Below the pieces are notes generated by a model that ran no database searches, was not told the origin of the DNA, and saw nothing but the letters and a program-made list of their open reading frames with translations. The translations under genes were made by a program, and so were the position numbers. A stretch of 59,714 bases of DNA, filler included, from Catajapyx aquilonaris (taxonomy: Eukaryota), in NCBI GenBank assembly GCA_000934665.2. It is 2 parts of 2 records of this genome, joined end to end, with 100 filler letters (N's around TTAATTAATTAA, not from the genome) between each part and the next. Parts side by side here need not be neighbours in the genome. Positions count along the whole stretch, not along the records: positions 29,823 to 59,714 come from KZ539213.1; 1 more part is not named here. One strand, written 5' to 3'. Numbering within the stretch: position 1 is the stretch's first letter; each line of letters starts with the position of its first letter. This document shows, piece after piece, positions 36,149 through 51,100 of this stretch.

Positions 36149-39100
36149 CTACACTGGGTTGGACAAACTTGACAGACACACGGAGGTGGTTCCCAGCAGG
36201 CCCATCCTCTGCTTCTGCTTCCTCTGCTCCGTCATCTGCAAAAATGAACATATCGGGACGTGAAAACTAGCTTCGATGAAGAGTGTCACATGCAAACATT
36301 CCCATTCCTGTCCTGCAATGGTTAATTACATTCCAATGCATGCCCCATACCTCTGGTTGCAAGAAATCACTCATCGCAGCACTCAACCTCGGACGCTTTC
36401 AAAAATGTACGCAAGCTCATTTAGCTGCAATCATCACAAAATAACGATTCAAAATTTAAAGAATCAGCTCAATCGTACATGCTGCCAATGGCCGAAAAAT
36501 CTTGACGACTAGCAACGTATGCAATTGCAGAACCAGTTGCAAGCATTGCAAGCATAGACGAGGTCAACTCATGTCCTGTACTCAGGCGTTCCTTTCAAGC
36601 GAAATTAATATGAGTCCCGTAACACACTTCCTCGACTGTCATGAAAATGCAATAAAAAAATTCATTTCCTATAATAATTAACCGTTTTATAAACATTACT
36701 TTCTGGGATATAGACGTGAAAAATTACTTAATAGTTGCCCTGTATCTCTTCACTATCTCTGCAATGTTCATAACACGTGATTTACTTTCCGTCCAATTCT
36801 GAAATGTTCCACAGTGAAAAGAAAAGAATCCAGTTTAGTTTCTAGTATTTCTCACAAGCAACACAATTTTTTCTCTCTCTAAGCATCGTATAATTATGAG
36901 CGAAAAAATAGTACAACCCAAAAAATTTCCACATAATTGCAGTAACATGCAATACCGTGGGCCCTGTAACTCGGCCTTAGAAATGTGTAAATTCAAGTAA
37001 TACAGTGGGGAGAGTTTTTACCAATTTTCTGCACCTTAATGAACAAAATTACACCCTTGCTGAAAATTACGCAATGCGCAAGATGACACAAAGTACTGCA
37101 AACTCTTGACCAGAAAACTTCCTTTCCGAAGAAAAATCTGACCTGATTCCGAAGCTCGGTGAGTTGCTGGGAAAGAGTTGTGACCAGGCCTTGAGTAGCT
37201 TCCAGTTGGACCTGGAGCGTCCGGAGCTCGTTTTGCTCCGCTTCTCCTTCATTAATGGCCAGTGACATTGCTCTCAAGCGCGGGAACCACTCCAGGTTCT
37301 TATCCTGCAGAACGTCAAAACATGTGTGATGACAATGCATCATTCAAGTTTCTAGTGTGTCCTCTACCTTGACCATTGCATAAACGTAGCTCTCAGGTCC
37401 TGTGAATTCAGTCGGATCTTTGACCTTCACCAGAACGATGAAGAACAGATAGTGCCACATGTTGTGCTCCGAGCGGATGTGTTCTTCAAAGCTGACAGTC
37501 TTGTTGTCAAATGCGGAACGGTTCAGACCTGCAACAACAATGAAGACAAAGCAATAAACACTCCCGATAGTACGACAATAAATTAACTGCGAAGTTACTA
37601 ACCGCAAACGAAGCATGTATTCTTGAGGATTTCTTCCTTCTGTTGCTTCTCACTCCTGAGGTCAGCAAATGTGTCGATGATGACACCAAAGATTAGGTTG
37701 AGCACAATAATGATGACGATGAAGAAGAAGAGCAGGTCGTAAACCACTCGAGCCACAAAGAGCCTCTCCTTGCTGCTAGGCGCGCGCAAGATGTCTCCGA
37801 TCCCACCACCGTTCCTCAGCCCTTGGTTCATGGTGGTAACTATGCACATGATGAGAGATTCACATGCAAATTCCTTGCTGTCCGTCTCCACCTCTACGAG
37901 ACCCTTTTCCTCTTTGGTGCATACGCTTCCTTTGCACTCGCCACGATATTTCTCTGCAGGATTTTCCTCGCCTGGAAAACAGCGTTAGAAAGATTTTTGT
38001 ACCACTTTTTTTGTTACAACACAGGGGAATTAACATACACGGGCACAAAAATGGAAAGCAAATCGCACACGTATATCACTTCCAGGAAAATTACAATCTC
38101 ATTTAAATACGTATCATTTACTATTAAGAGCAGTAAAGGACTGTCCCAACCCATGAGGTCTTGCAGCCCCTCTATTTATTTGCAAAGAAATACAATAGAA
38201 GTATCGTTTACTATTAAAATTATCACGTCGCTTGCACAGTGACTCAGGCGCCACTATTGCCTTCAATAAACTCACCTGTCTCCATGGTGTCAACGTTAAC
38301 GATGAAGTCCTCCCTGAAAAACATGTACCCAATAATGGAGAACATGTACACCAGGATGAGAGCCAGGACAGCCGTTAAGATGATGGAACGTCCATTGCGA
38401 GTAACAGATCGGATCACGTTCAGGAGCGTCTCTTCACGGTACACCACATCGAACAGCTGGACATTCAAAAAATCAATGTAATACGGACACAGCAATACCG
38501 AACAATGACAACAAATTCACAAAAGAAAACTTACCAGGATTGAGTAGAAAAACGGATGAACAAAGAGTCCCATAGTGCAAACTAACAAGTAGAAGACATG
38601 GTATAAAAGCTCCACGTCCATCAGTATCTGCTGGAAGCTCTTTGTGAAGGTACCCTGGTTGCCCATTGTGCTGATCAAGTGGATGAACTTCAATATCAGC
38701 TGAAAAGCAACAAACACGGCTCGCCACATGCTTCGTTATTTAAAAAATGAATTGACGCCGATGGGTACTAACATTAACAGCTCCCATCAGCCATAGAGTC
38801 GGTTCAGGTCCAGCTGAAACTATCAGACGAAGAATGATGGATAGCACCAAGGCCCATATAGTGCCTGTTCGGGGCCAGGTTATGACAATAGCAGTTGCCG
38901 TCAGCATCACAGCCCAGATTAATCCGTTCAGATGGTTGTCCAGTTCTGAGGAGAAAGCGCAAACAGTTAACAATGGCTGAAGCAAACCTTTTAGTTCATG
39001 ACGCAGTACGACATCGTGACAATTCCTTTCGTGCACTGATTCTACGCATAACTCACACACAGAGTTACTCACTAGGAATGTCATTTATGTAAGGGTAAAA

Positions 39101-42100
39101 GAGGGCGACGTTGAGATTGATGAGCACGGCACAGTTGAAAAGGAAGTTGCTCCAGAGGGACATGTAGCTGGAGACCCAAAACAAGGAAGGTTGGCCCCTC
39201 AGCTTCTTCTGCCACTTCATCTCGTCAAACATGTCATCAGTCCGTTCAAAGAAGCCAGCCACTTTCGAGCCCTGGTCGTCCCTCTCCGTCACATTGAAGA
39301 TGCGGACCTTGGTTTCTTCTGTTAGGTATTCGCAGATCTCTGGGATTGGAAACACAATCTGCTCCATCGTCCTGTCATGTCGTACAATCTGCGAGGGACA
39401 GATCATGTTAATTTGATCGCTGCCAATTTACATAGATTATTCTGAACTTACTTCAATTTGCGAAGTGTGGGTAGCGTAATATTGCAGGGCTCGTTTGATC
39501 TTGGCATCAGAAGCTTCCGAGACTCGCAGAAGTATGGCAAGCTCCTTGTTATGCTGTGCCAGCTGGTGGCACAGGATATAAATGTTGTGTCCCACTTCCT
39601 TTGGAGACACAACATCCTCTTTCTCCTCACCAAAGGAATCGTTCTCAACTTCCTCTTCAAGAGTCTCCTGATGGAATGCCTTGCACGCTACATCAATCTG
39701 TAAAGGAAGCACATGTGTTGTAATGATTGGCGTTCAATAACCGAAGGCCACTACGTACAAGTTGCCTCGGATTCATGTTGTACAAAATCCTTTCCGCATT
39801 CTCGCTGTCTCCTCTACTCTCCATGATGGCAAGGAGAAGCTTGGACGCATTGTTCTTCAGCTCCAACACCAGATCCATGTGCGTGTGGCCCAATGGATTT
39901 ATGTCATTCAAGATCAGCGCCGTGATTATATCAAGGCCGTTCGACTCATGTGTAGCAATGCACGTCTGATTCTCATGGCACGGACCCTGTCGCAAATTCA
40001 GTCATTACAAACTGCACCCATCTTTAGGACCTGACTTCTTTACCTGGCAGTATTCTGTAAGCGTCTCGAGTGTTTGGTTGATGAGAGAAACATTGTGCTC
40101 GTGGATATAGAGCCCCAGCAAACCCAGTCCGCCAGTGGTCGAGCCACAAATGCAGTCTAGGAACATGAGCGTCTCAGACACAAGGTTGTAATTGGCTTTA
40201 TTGCTTTGGGTGCGCAAGAAGTTCTGCAAATCCCTGTTGTGGTTCTCGCACAGGAGCTGGAGGAACCTGAGGATGGGCTGCATCACCAACACCTTCGGAG
40301 AGAGCTTGTTCTCATCCTCCTTTTCGCGGTTCTTCTCCAGCTTCTCCGCCAGCATATCCTCTAATGTGGAACTACCACCAGGCGATGTGGCCAGCGGAGG
40401 CCCTTCCTCATGGCCTAAATGGAACAAATTATAAAACACGCACTGGTTTAAGAGCAAACGACTTTCCAAATCTGGCGTGTATTACGCACATTCCGATTAT
40501 TCCTAATTAATGCTCATTAATAATTTATCAATTTTTTTTCATAATCTGGGGAGTTTCCATGTGTCACTGTGTGTGATTACATGACAAAGCACAAAGGGTA
40601 CGCTTGATCATACCAGTGGTTAATCCATTGCAATAACCAGAACTGCATAGAATGCTCATTGTTAACAAATTTCATTGTACTTGCCTGCCTCTCCAGATAA
40701 AGCATTTCTTGCACTTGCATATGCCTTTGTTGTAGCGGCTGCAGCCTGATTCAATTCACTCTTCATATCTTCAGTCACAACGAGTCCGTTTGCTTTCACT
40801 GAAATTGAGGTTGTTTATCAGAATTTGCAAGGTACACTGCACGTCTTTAAGTCGTAAAATGCACTACCTCCTTGCTTGCGGGACAGTTTAGACATGTCCT
40901 TCCCTTGCTCTTTATCTTCCGCAGTTTTGTTTGCCATATCGGATGTGTTCACAGTCACCGTTGACTTTATTTCAGTCTCTGCGTACCTCATTTTGTCGTA
41001 GAAAACCTGACAAAAGACACAATTCATACTCGCACAAATGAGCACATTTTTTTCGATTGTTACCTTGAAAAAATTCTGGCTGATGTCCCCGCCTCTAAGC
41101 TTGTTGTACAGACTCTTTTGAATCACCGGGTTTCCACCCTCCAAAAGCGCAATCCCAAGTTCCACCGCCTCCACAAAAATGTTTGGAGAGTTCACCGAAT
41201 TCATGACCAGTTCCACTATCAAGTCGGATGCACCTTCATGATCCAAGTGGCACTGAACTTCATGCAGGGTCACACCGGCACGCTTTACTATCCTCGCTGT
41301 TGACGAAATCAGCATTACGACATGGACCACAAAATTATTTGTAGATTTGTCTCACCTCCAGGTCCGTGAGACACGGCAACAATGTGTTTAGTCTCGCTGT
41401 TACCACTGTGCAGAAGGTGGGCCTTTCCGAAATATTTCCTCAGTAACAACTGCCTCAGCGCATCTCCCTTCAAAATCAAAAACCATTTACAATCTTTACG
41501 CTCATTTCGCATCAACCCAAACCATTACCTTCTCTCCGTAATCAGTATCCACAGCCATCATTTCTCTAAGTGTCCATAGTATTTTAATACAGAGTTTGTC
41601 CTCTTTCTCCTCTAAGAGTTTCTCTGTGTGCTTTATAAGTCTGCAGGGGTGGAAAGGGTTACACATTCTTTAGTAAGGCGACTTATGATTTAGTGGATAA
41701 AAAAGCATCAAAAAGGCGGTATCTACATCAAAAAAAGCATACGAGTGAATTTCACAGTTGCAGAAAACGTGACGAAAAAAAAAAGCTTATCATTAAAAAA
41801 AGTGAGTGTAAAAGCACACTAAGCGGCACATGTGTTATTTTTTTTTCTGAGTCAAAGAGAGATTCCCACACAATGTAACATGTCATAACATAGGTTGTGT
41901 ATATGTGGGAATTTTTCTTCACACCTAAACATCTCTATGTTGCCTAAATTTACATGCCTCTTCCAACTCACAGTCTAGTCACGTACTAAACCTCCCCCAA
42001 GTAGTGATACAACATATCAAAAATTCACACCACTTGCAATAGTCTGAAAACTGTGGCTCGGTTGAAGAAAGTGGCCATTACAAGCAGGCAATTTCAAGAA

Positions 42101-45100
42101 AAAGGCGCTCATGATGATAAAGGATTGATTTGACTTCAAGCAGAAGACGGGTGTTGAAAGGTAGATAGTTTCACATTGGTGTATGACGGATAGAGATAAC
42201 CTTAAATCACATGAGGTCCCGCCATGCTTTCACGATTCATGCTAACAGAAAGTAAATCCATGCGAAATACACAATCCTATGAGTTGCATTTACCTACATC
42301 CTCATTTATTTTTTTACTGTTCATTCCGTGCTGGGCTGCCTACGGCATGCACCAAAAAAGAAGGAAAAAGGAAAAAAGTACATTACTTCGTGTCTAAACA
42401 GACAAGAAAAAGAGAAAAGAAAGCATGTGTGCTGCTAACAACTTCTAAAATGCTCTCTTGTTCAGACAGCACAGGCAAAAAAAAAAATAACTATCTCTAC
42501 TGTGACAGAGAAACTTTCAGCCCCTTCCCCTTCATTTCTATTTTTTCGTGTTTCGAGCATCCCACGCGAGGCATCATGAAAAGAGGCATGAGGTTGTCCT
42601 ACTAAACTTCCCATGTCAGCTGAAAAGCAATCGGACACAGTTTAAGCAGCACCTGTACAGTGTTAGCAAAAAAGGTGAATTATATATATTTTTTGGTTCC
42701 CTTTCAACATTTTTCCACCCTCCCCCAAAAACGTGCTAGAGGAAAAGAGCTATAGTAGCCTCGAGCAAAAAGAACACATCCAAATCACCGATTGGCAGCG
42801 GCAAACATTCGCTTTCCTCCCGGTTTGTTTACAGGCTGGGTCCATAAGTGTACGCCAACGCTCCAAAAAAACACATGCGGAAGAGGGAACACGTTAGAAT
42901 TAACTGTTTTCCTCCCCACTTCATCTTTCCTGGTAGGCAAATGACCTTAACTTTGTGTGCCACTTGGCTTGCAATGACAGTTAAGGGAACTTGACCACTT
43001 CATCATTAATGTGTTCATGTGTACATAGTGAAAAGGAGAAAGAATTTGTCTCTCTCTTTTTTTTTGTGAGTCTTCTACTCACCTCCTAATGAAACCACCA
43101 TTTTCGCACCTCTTCCTTGCTTCTGTTCCAGGCAGAAAAAGCGACTCGGGTTGGTACAACACATCCACCAACACGCTGAGTTCGGCCTGCACCAGCGGCT
43201 TCAGCTGATCCTCGAGTAAAGAGACTATGTCCTGAAGCCCTTCAATGATGCTGCGATCCATTCGTTGCACCTGACGACCCAATATGAATTAACATATTAA
43301 TTTAAAGCCAAAACTTAAAAGCAAAAATTGAATTCACTGGTGGTGCAGTAGCATGGCAGGACTTGGGATATTCCGTCACAAACCTGCTTTTGTGTGACTT
43401 CTTTCCTCGGTGCTTTAGTGACCGACAGCCACTTGTTGGTCTGCTTATTAAACTGAGCTTTTTTGTTGAACAAGGCGGACACCTGACTTTCCAGATCCAG
43501 TGGAATTGCAATCCCACGACTCTTAGCTGCAAACAAAAAACAGCAACACCATCACGTTTAGTAAAAATCAAACCGAGATGTCACGGGAAAAAAATCTGAC
43601 ACACTGATGTAGCGAAAAAGTTAAATTAGAAGCTCTCATGATTCTACTGAATTTCCAGTAATATCTCTGCTCCAATTCAAATAAACAACAGTACAATATG
43701 TCTTCATGCGTTGCAACTCAGACGTGACTAATTTTCCGGTGCACTGGATGAAATATCTCTACACTTTAGGCCACTACAGTATTTGTACAATTTAGTAGTC
43801 AGTTGGTTATTACAATAATACAATACGTACCAACTTCGGATAACACACGTATGCAATTTTCAACATTGAAACGTTGCGGGGGAGCCATCCAAGTGCATTG
43901 TGCCACCCGAAATGCCGCTTGGAGTAGCTGCATGAACACAGGTTGTCGAGTCTAAAATATAAAAATAGCCAACATTAGGCTAAACCATTGTTGACGCAGA
44001 TGTAGTCACAAGCAAAAAGTAGGGAGCCTTTGGCATTACAAGCAAACAATGATAAAAATGCGACTTCATATGCAACAGTACGTTAAGGTCGGATGGATTC
44101 AGAGGTAATACTAGTAACCGGACATCTACTTGTTGATTATGACCAATCAAGAAATTAATGTTTCTGGTTTTCACCTGTACTGTTGTAGTTTGGTCTGAGA
44201 ATGGACTGTTAAAGAAGGTGGTGATAATATTCGTGACACAGCCAGTGATGTAGCTTTCCAGTGCTGTGTCGGCATGCCTTCTGTCGGGCGGCAAGTTGGC
44301 CACAACACCCATATCCAGAAGGAAGCTCTTTTCAAACAAGGTCCACATGTGATTTGAAGTGTATATCTCCTTCATCTCAACCTCCGTGTCAATGTAGCAG
44401 TGGTTCAGAAAGTTTATGTAAGCTTCTTTCACCTGAAATGCAACGGAATATTAGAAATTGTAAATTTTTTAATGCAAACACACAGTAATCGCTTGGTTTG
44501 AAACCAAATTTGTTCCTTAAAAAAAAAATCAGCACACGCACACAGAACAATGTGTTTTCTGTTTATGAGGAAGCCATTTCACACATCTTTCTAACCGAGA
44601 GAGAGGCAATTAATGAGCATGAGTGGTGTGCAAGTGGGAAAAACCACACTACCAGGGAATTTTTTTTGTAGATGCCCGTACTTACAAATGTGAAAAGTGT
44701 ATGAAATTGCTCCTGTCTTTTCAAGACATGTGAATGGACCTTAAACGATTTTTTTCTAGTTTGGTGCTGTCCGATGGAGCAGAAACTTGTCTTTCCGCAG
44801 AACAGAGCAATTCCACTACATACAGGTTTCATGGGAGTAAAAAATCTAAAAGTAAAATACGCAATGAGTGAAACCTCTTCACTGCAACTTGTAACATTTC
44901 TGCCAGTTGTAAAATCACAAATCAAAATAAACTTTGGCACAATTCAACAATCACAGTACTGTTCAAGAGAGCACTATTGTGCAAGATTCCTGAAGAGGAA
45001 AATAATTCATTAATATTCTTCCCAGAAGCACAACAACATCGTAAGTGCTCTAAGGACATTTCGTGGTCACACGCAGCATTAAAATTAAGTTTCGGAGGTG

Positions 45101-48100
45101 ACGCAACCGTGTAACAGATTTCAGCCTCTACGTGTGCTATAAAGAAGTTTCACTGTGCTACAAAGAAAGCATAACTACTGTGTGTAAGTGACTTACTTCT
45201 GGAATGCAATCTGGATTGCACACCATGGAAACTATGTCATCCAAAGGCAACAGACTGTGACATTTTATCTCAGTGTACACATTTTTTCCCATAGTACAGC
45301 AGGCAAGAAGCTTCACTAGCTCAATGTGGTATCTGCAAGTACGCAACAAAGTACGTCACAAATTAGCTGCCTACTGTCTAACAGAGCCAAAAAGTGTAAG
45401 GATGTCTGTCTTCTAAGTTGGCCATGCAATATTTTCTTTAACTAATTCTCTCAACCGCCACACGGCAATCCTCACCTCAAGCTGCTACCTTCATCCATCC
45501 TGTACCCTTCCTTCCGCATCATCTCCACGAAATGATTATACGAAGCCTTGTCATTGTAGAAAACAAGCACATCTTCACCAGCATTTACCAACTGCAACAA
45601 ATAAATGTTAATTCACGTGTCAGCATCTACCAACTTCAGTAATTGCTACGTAATCCACTCTTTAGGTCAACAGCACCTCTTGCATAACCATATCCTGGCT
45701 CTTCTTGATGAACTGATTCTCCGCTTTAACTATGGTCTGCAAAAACTTCAGGTACTGCACATGACGCCCATGTGTTTCAATGCAATGCACAAAGTGCTGG
45801 ACCACTTTGTCGTTAACTTCGCTGCAGAGTGTACTATTGTCTTGGAAAATAGCGCACACCGTCTGCGCCTCCAGGAGCTGGAAAAATGTAATTATTGCTG
45901 ACAAAACCTTTCCGTACATAATATCATATCCAATCTACCGAAGAAATATTGCATGCACTATATTTATAAATAATCCTCATTTCACATAAGATTCAACTCA
46001 CCCCTGGTGTGAGAAACAAATCAAGGTGTTTGTGCAGCAACGCTTGATTTGGCTGGTTTCCCAAGCAAAAGTTCTGAAGAAACTGGTGAGCCAGCACCAT
46101 CAACTCATTCATCCGCACGTCCTCCTTCTTGTCATACGGGATCTCCAGTAAGTCCAGCACCACCGTATGCACTCCCATATTCCGAACTAGCCTCTGCTCA
46201 TGTTTCCGAGGCTTGGCTTCCCCTCCAAATGCGATCTGGACACACAAACGGTTCATCCGAATTAGGATCTCCTGTATAGTCTTGTAGTTCTTGGACTGGG
46301 TGGCTTCCAAAGGTGGACCCATGTTCAAGTCGATAGCCGATCCCTGCTTACTTCCGACACTCAGAGTCGGTGGCTTCTTGCTGTGACCAGAGCGGCTCTC
46401 TTCTTCGTCAGCCTCCATACTTGGACGAATTTTTTTCCCGGTCGCCTCTTCAGGAACCTGGACAGTACAAGACAGTTTAGCTGTCTGACCACACTTACTG
46501 ACAATAACTTGCATACCTTATTGCTCTTGTACACCCAGAGCTCCGACTTCTCTACCAACAGACGCAGGTCATCCAGATCAGCCTTGATCTGCTTGTAGGA
46601 CTCAACATCACTATCGGAGACTAGAAGTTGGACCTGCTTAAAGGCCTGCAACACTTCCTGCCTCTGGCTGAAGTGTCGAAACAGGAGATGAAGTGCGCCT
46701 GACACCAAGGGTGCATACCCATGCATCGTTAGATGGAGAAGGACACGCAGGAAAGTGCGTCCACCTTGACCATCCAGCTCTAAAGCACTGCACTCCTCAC
46801 TGAAACATTAAATATTTCTCAATTTTTCTTAATTTTTACAACCCATATAGACTCCTGACATTATGAGGCCATGCAGAACTTTCTCGATGGGAACATGCAC
46901 CTCGTCTACATAGGTCTCGCACTATCTTGTACTCAATTGACGCATTCAAATATATGCCAAGCAATTGCTCACCTTTCAAATATGGCCTCAGCTTGCACAC
47001 TGATGTTCTCCAGGTCTATCCTCTTCTGGCCGACATCATTAGAAGGCTTCTCGGATTCATCAAAATCCTGCTTGAAGATGGAAAGCAGGCAGCTGATGCG
47101 GTAGTCGAGACGGACGTTCAGTATAAACTGCAGGATCTCAATAATCTTGAGCTTTATATCCATGACTAGGGGATCTTCTGGCTTTGCGATGGATGACTTG
47201 CGCTGGCTCACAGAGGAGGCTATGGGCTGGGCTGGACGGACAGCTCCTAAAGCGAGGCTTGTCATTATGGCCCCGACATCACCTATGGAACGCATCACTC
47301 CACCTTCGGCTGCGGAAGTAAGGTAAAATGTAATCCGTGGTCATGTTGTAACCAAATGTAGTACTTACAGCTGACATCACCAGTTGGTAACTGCCCATCA
47401 AACAAATCGCTCTCAGAAGTACAATCCAAGATGCTCAGCAAGGTACGAGTAAGTCGAAGCAAGTCACTAAAGCTGTAGAAGCCAAAATAGATCAGCTCAC
47501 GAGCCATCTTCACAACCTGAAAAAACAATCAAATTGGCGAATTAATGAAGCTTGCTCCTATGGGATTACTAAAGAGCCAACTCACTTCAAACGTCAGCTT
47601 GTTCTGCTCTTTATCCGTGAAAGTCCACCTCTTGTTCACTACGTTGAATAGGTAGTCTTCCACGAACAATATTGTGGAACTGAATTTGGCCCGCACTTTC
47701 TCCTTATTGTGGTCAGGCGTCTTGTTGCTGTCGTAGCTGCAAAAGTTGCAAAGAAATTAGTTTACCCACTATTTCAAAAATTGAGCTGAATATGAAAACT
47801 TAATTATAGACACGTAACAGTATGTTACAGTTAAATGCATTGATATAATGACAAATTAGAGTACACACCAAGTTTTCTTTTACACTGGTAGGACACCAAT
47901 GAAACATACAGTTGCACTTACTTGTTGATTGACATTTTCGGAGGAATCTCGGACCACAAACGAGCGTATTTGACAGGAGTCACTTGCTCCTGTGGGTCTC
48001 GATCCACATGCATGTGGAGCATCAGGCGACAAAAGGACGCCCGAAGCTCAAATGGCAAGATTTCATCTGCCATGCACCTGAAAATCAGATTCAAATGAAT

Positions 48101-51100
48101 TCAAGGCCTTCCCCACACTAAAAATACTCATTGATTGTATTCTCAGCTATCAATAGCACTTGGAATGATTTCAAAGTTGATGTGTAAAGAAGAGAACGGT
48201 GACGCCAATGTACAAATACGGAGCTTACTTGAGGATGAGGTCAATATCGAGGTGTGGTGAGAGGTCGTTGATGGCCAAGTATTGCCTATCCAGACACATG
48301 TTGGAAAACAGATTAAGCTGGTGCCTGTAGTAGTCCAAAATGGCAGTGTCCACCCAGATTTTTTCCTTCACCCCACTTGCCAGTGCTGCCACTGACTTTG
48401 ACTCCTGAAAGATTTGTCATATAAGTCACAGAAGAATGGCAACGACCGGCTTCAACTTACGCCCCCATTATTCCAAAAAAGGTAGACCTCCTCCATTTCA
48501 ACAACAGCCGTCATGGTCCCACCCAATTCAGTCACGTCTATTTCTTCCGCAACTGGAGTTTTGAGCATCCTGCAAAATCCATTCGGTTAGTAAATCTTAC
48601 GGGGGGTACTGAGAAACTAGTAAATTTTGATTCATGAACTAATTCACCTTGTCTGAATGAGTATGTCTGCATTCTGTGGGCTGAGAACACTCTTGCAGAT
48701 GAGCTCCTGTGTGATGGGAATGGCCACTTTGTTGGAAATGCACAGATCTGAGAGGTAATCCAAAAAGCGGCTGTCCCAAGTCTCCATATTCTTTCGCACC
48801 AGGCCAACAAAGGTCTCTATCTCAGTGGCCGTAATATGCTTCTCCAGCAGCTTCCGATTGTTATGCAACAGCGCCGTTATGGTGTCTTCTGCGAGAATGT
48901 CGTAGCCAATTTGCTTCTGCATGAAGCCAAAGTGTTTTGCAATATACTCCTGGAAAAAAACATTGAATTAAATTTAACACGTTTTCAAATTTCGGTGACA
49001 AATAAATGACAACACCCACCTGATTCTTCCTGTAGTCCTGCTGGCTGACTCTGAGTATTCTGTAGCAGAGTCTGAAGATGTACTTGTAAGAAGAATGCCT
49101 CGGATCATTGAGCTCCTCTATCCTGAGGAAGGGTCCCTCCCCACCACTGCTCTCGGTGAAGGGGCCCTGCAGAATCTTGAACAGTTGCTTCAGAATGTAC
49201 TGCTCACGAAGAAGCTTCTGCCGATCTCTGTTGGGATTGACCATCACCAGCTCCAGAGCTTCCGTCTTTTTCTGGTCATTTTCTTGGTTGTCGATGAAGT
49301 AGATCACGTCCTGAAGGAGGTTGGTCACAGCCCTGGGAAAAGGAATTGCAAGTCATCCGCTTCATATAACAATTTAGTACGTCACTCACCTCCTCTCATT
49401 GTGAGAAATCGTTCCTTTCTCTAGCTTGGAAGCAACACTTGCCAGCACTTTACAGGCATCATTCGCAAAATCCAGGTCTCGAACCTCCAGCGGGGACACA
49501 GGGATCAGCGCAAATGCCTCTTTGTCCTCCTTCACAGCCGCACACCCAACCTTTGTCATGACTGGCCTCTCCTCTTCTTTATCGATTGGTATTGAGGTAC
49601 TGTGTACCCAGGTGTTAGTACACAGATGATGTAACCTCACGTATGAAGACTGTGGTACAAGTGAGTCACCCCTTGTTAATGTGGTTGGGTCAAGCTCAAA
49701 TATGCTGGCAATATCATTTGAATGTGGAACAGACACTAAGTGATACACAGATCCTCCGGATGGATCTCTCAGTTTAGACCTCATAGGATCTGTCGCCTCA
49801 TCTTCATCAACTTCGGCCGCCAAGTAATGACCAGTAGCCAAATGCTTGAATCGAAAAAGCGAGTTCCAGTGGCCAGCACCGCCTCGACATGGATCATGCT
49901 GCACCACCTCAATTTCCCACAACGCCTTGCTACTGGTTGCTGCTGTGGCTGACGTACGCCCAGTCGTACGCAGGAAAACATGCTGCGTCTTTTTGTACTC
50001 ATCCATTGTGAGAAACTTCTCCTGCTCAGCATGAAACAGACGCACGACATCCCCTCCTTTCAGGATGTCATCAATGTTCTCCCGATGCTCCATAAACAGC
50101 GTGATTTTCCATGACGTGGAGGAATTGACCACATTCACTTCCTTGCAACCAGGATTGTCCAGAAGCTCAAAATTGGCAGTGGCATGCAAGACCTGCTGAC
50201 CAGCATTAACTGGGTTTAGAATGACCTTATCACCAACCACAACACTATCGCCAACAGAACGCAGCTTGTAGAAGGGCAGGATGTAGAACCATGAGCCCTC
50301 ATTGCCGTTGGCGTCTAGGTAAACTCGCATGGCATTTTTCTCCAGCAGTGCCGGCAAGCGTTTGTTGACGGTCACGAACTTGTTGGACTTGAGATGCAAC
50401 AGCTGGACCACATTTCCGTACTGGACGACCGTGCCCAGAAGCTTTTTGTTCTCCATCTCATTCTGCTTCTTTTCAATCTCCGCTGCATGCTGAAAAATTC
50501 AGAGAGAAAATGTCAGTGCAATTCAAGTCACAAAAGGTTTTATGTCAGATGCGATGAATAAACCCAAATCAGTAAGGGCCACAGGATTAATATGGGAAAA
50601 GATCAGCGAAAATCCCCGTTTCCTTCCTTGTCAAGGCAAAAACTCCAAACTCACATGCAGTCGTTTGAGTAAAAGTGCATCTGTGGCAGATGCACTAGAC
50701 GTCTGCTTGGCTGACTTCCAGAATTGCTTTTGAGCAGAGTAGCGGTTCATAGGACATATTTCAAACAGGCAGTCTGAAAGAAGACACCCAGAATTACATA
50801 TGCACAAACCAAACAAAAAAAGTTGTCAAAATTTTCCAACAACTGTAGTATCATTAAGGCGTTGTCATGAAACAATTACAAAATAGAGTACAGTGGAATC
50901 CAGCTGTTGTAACAACCTTGAAGGTACAAAGTTTATGAACCTTTCTTCATCGTCACATAGTGGCCATTAATATTGACATTGAACAAAAACAGGTAATAAC
51001 AAGGTAACAAAAGGGAATGGAACAATAAACCAACTCATTACTCTCCAGAAAAATTTTCAACCCACTTCAAGAGAGAACAATTAGATGCATGTAAATAAAC

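Noticed and set aside
37790..37820. GGGIGD pore motif resembling ryanodine receptors
   Set aside because: This is normal for invertebrate IP3 receptors, and the rest of the protein is clearly ITPR.
38122..38170. Possible cassette exon in the Itpr luminal loop ([15 protein letters not shown])
   Set aside because: It keeps phase only with a rare GAG acceptor and a poor pyrimidine tract.
40614..40642. 29-nt micro-exon candidate in Itpr
   Set aside because: It would need an upstream intron of ~40 nt, and it has a stop in the phase given by the GC donor.
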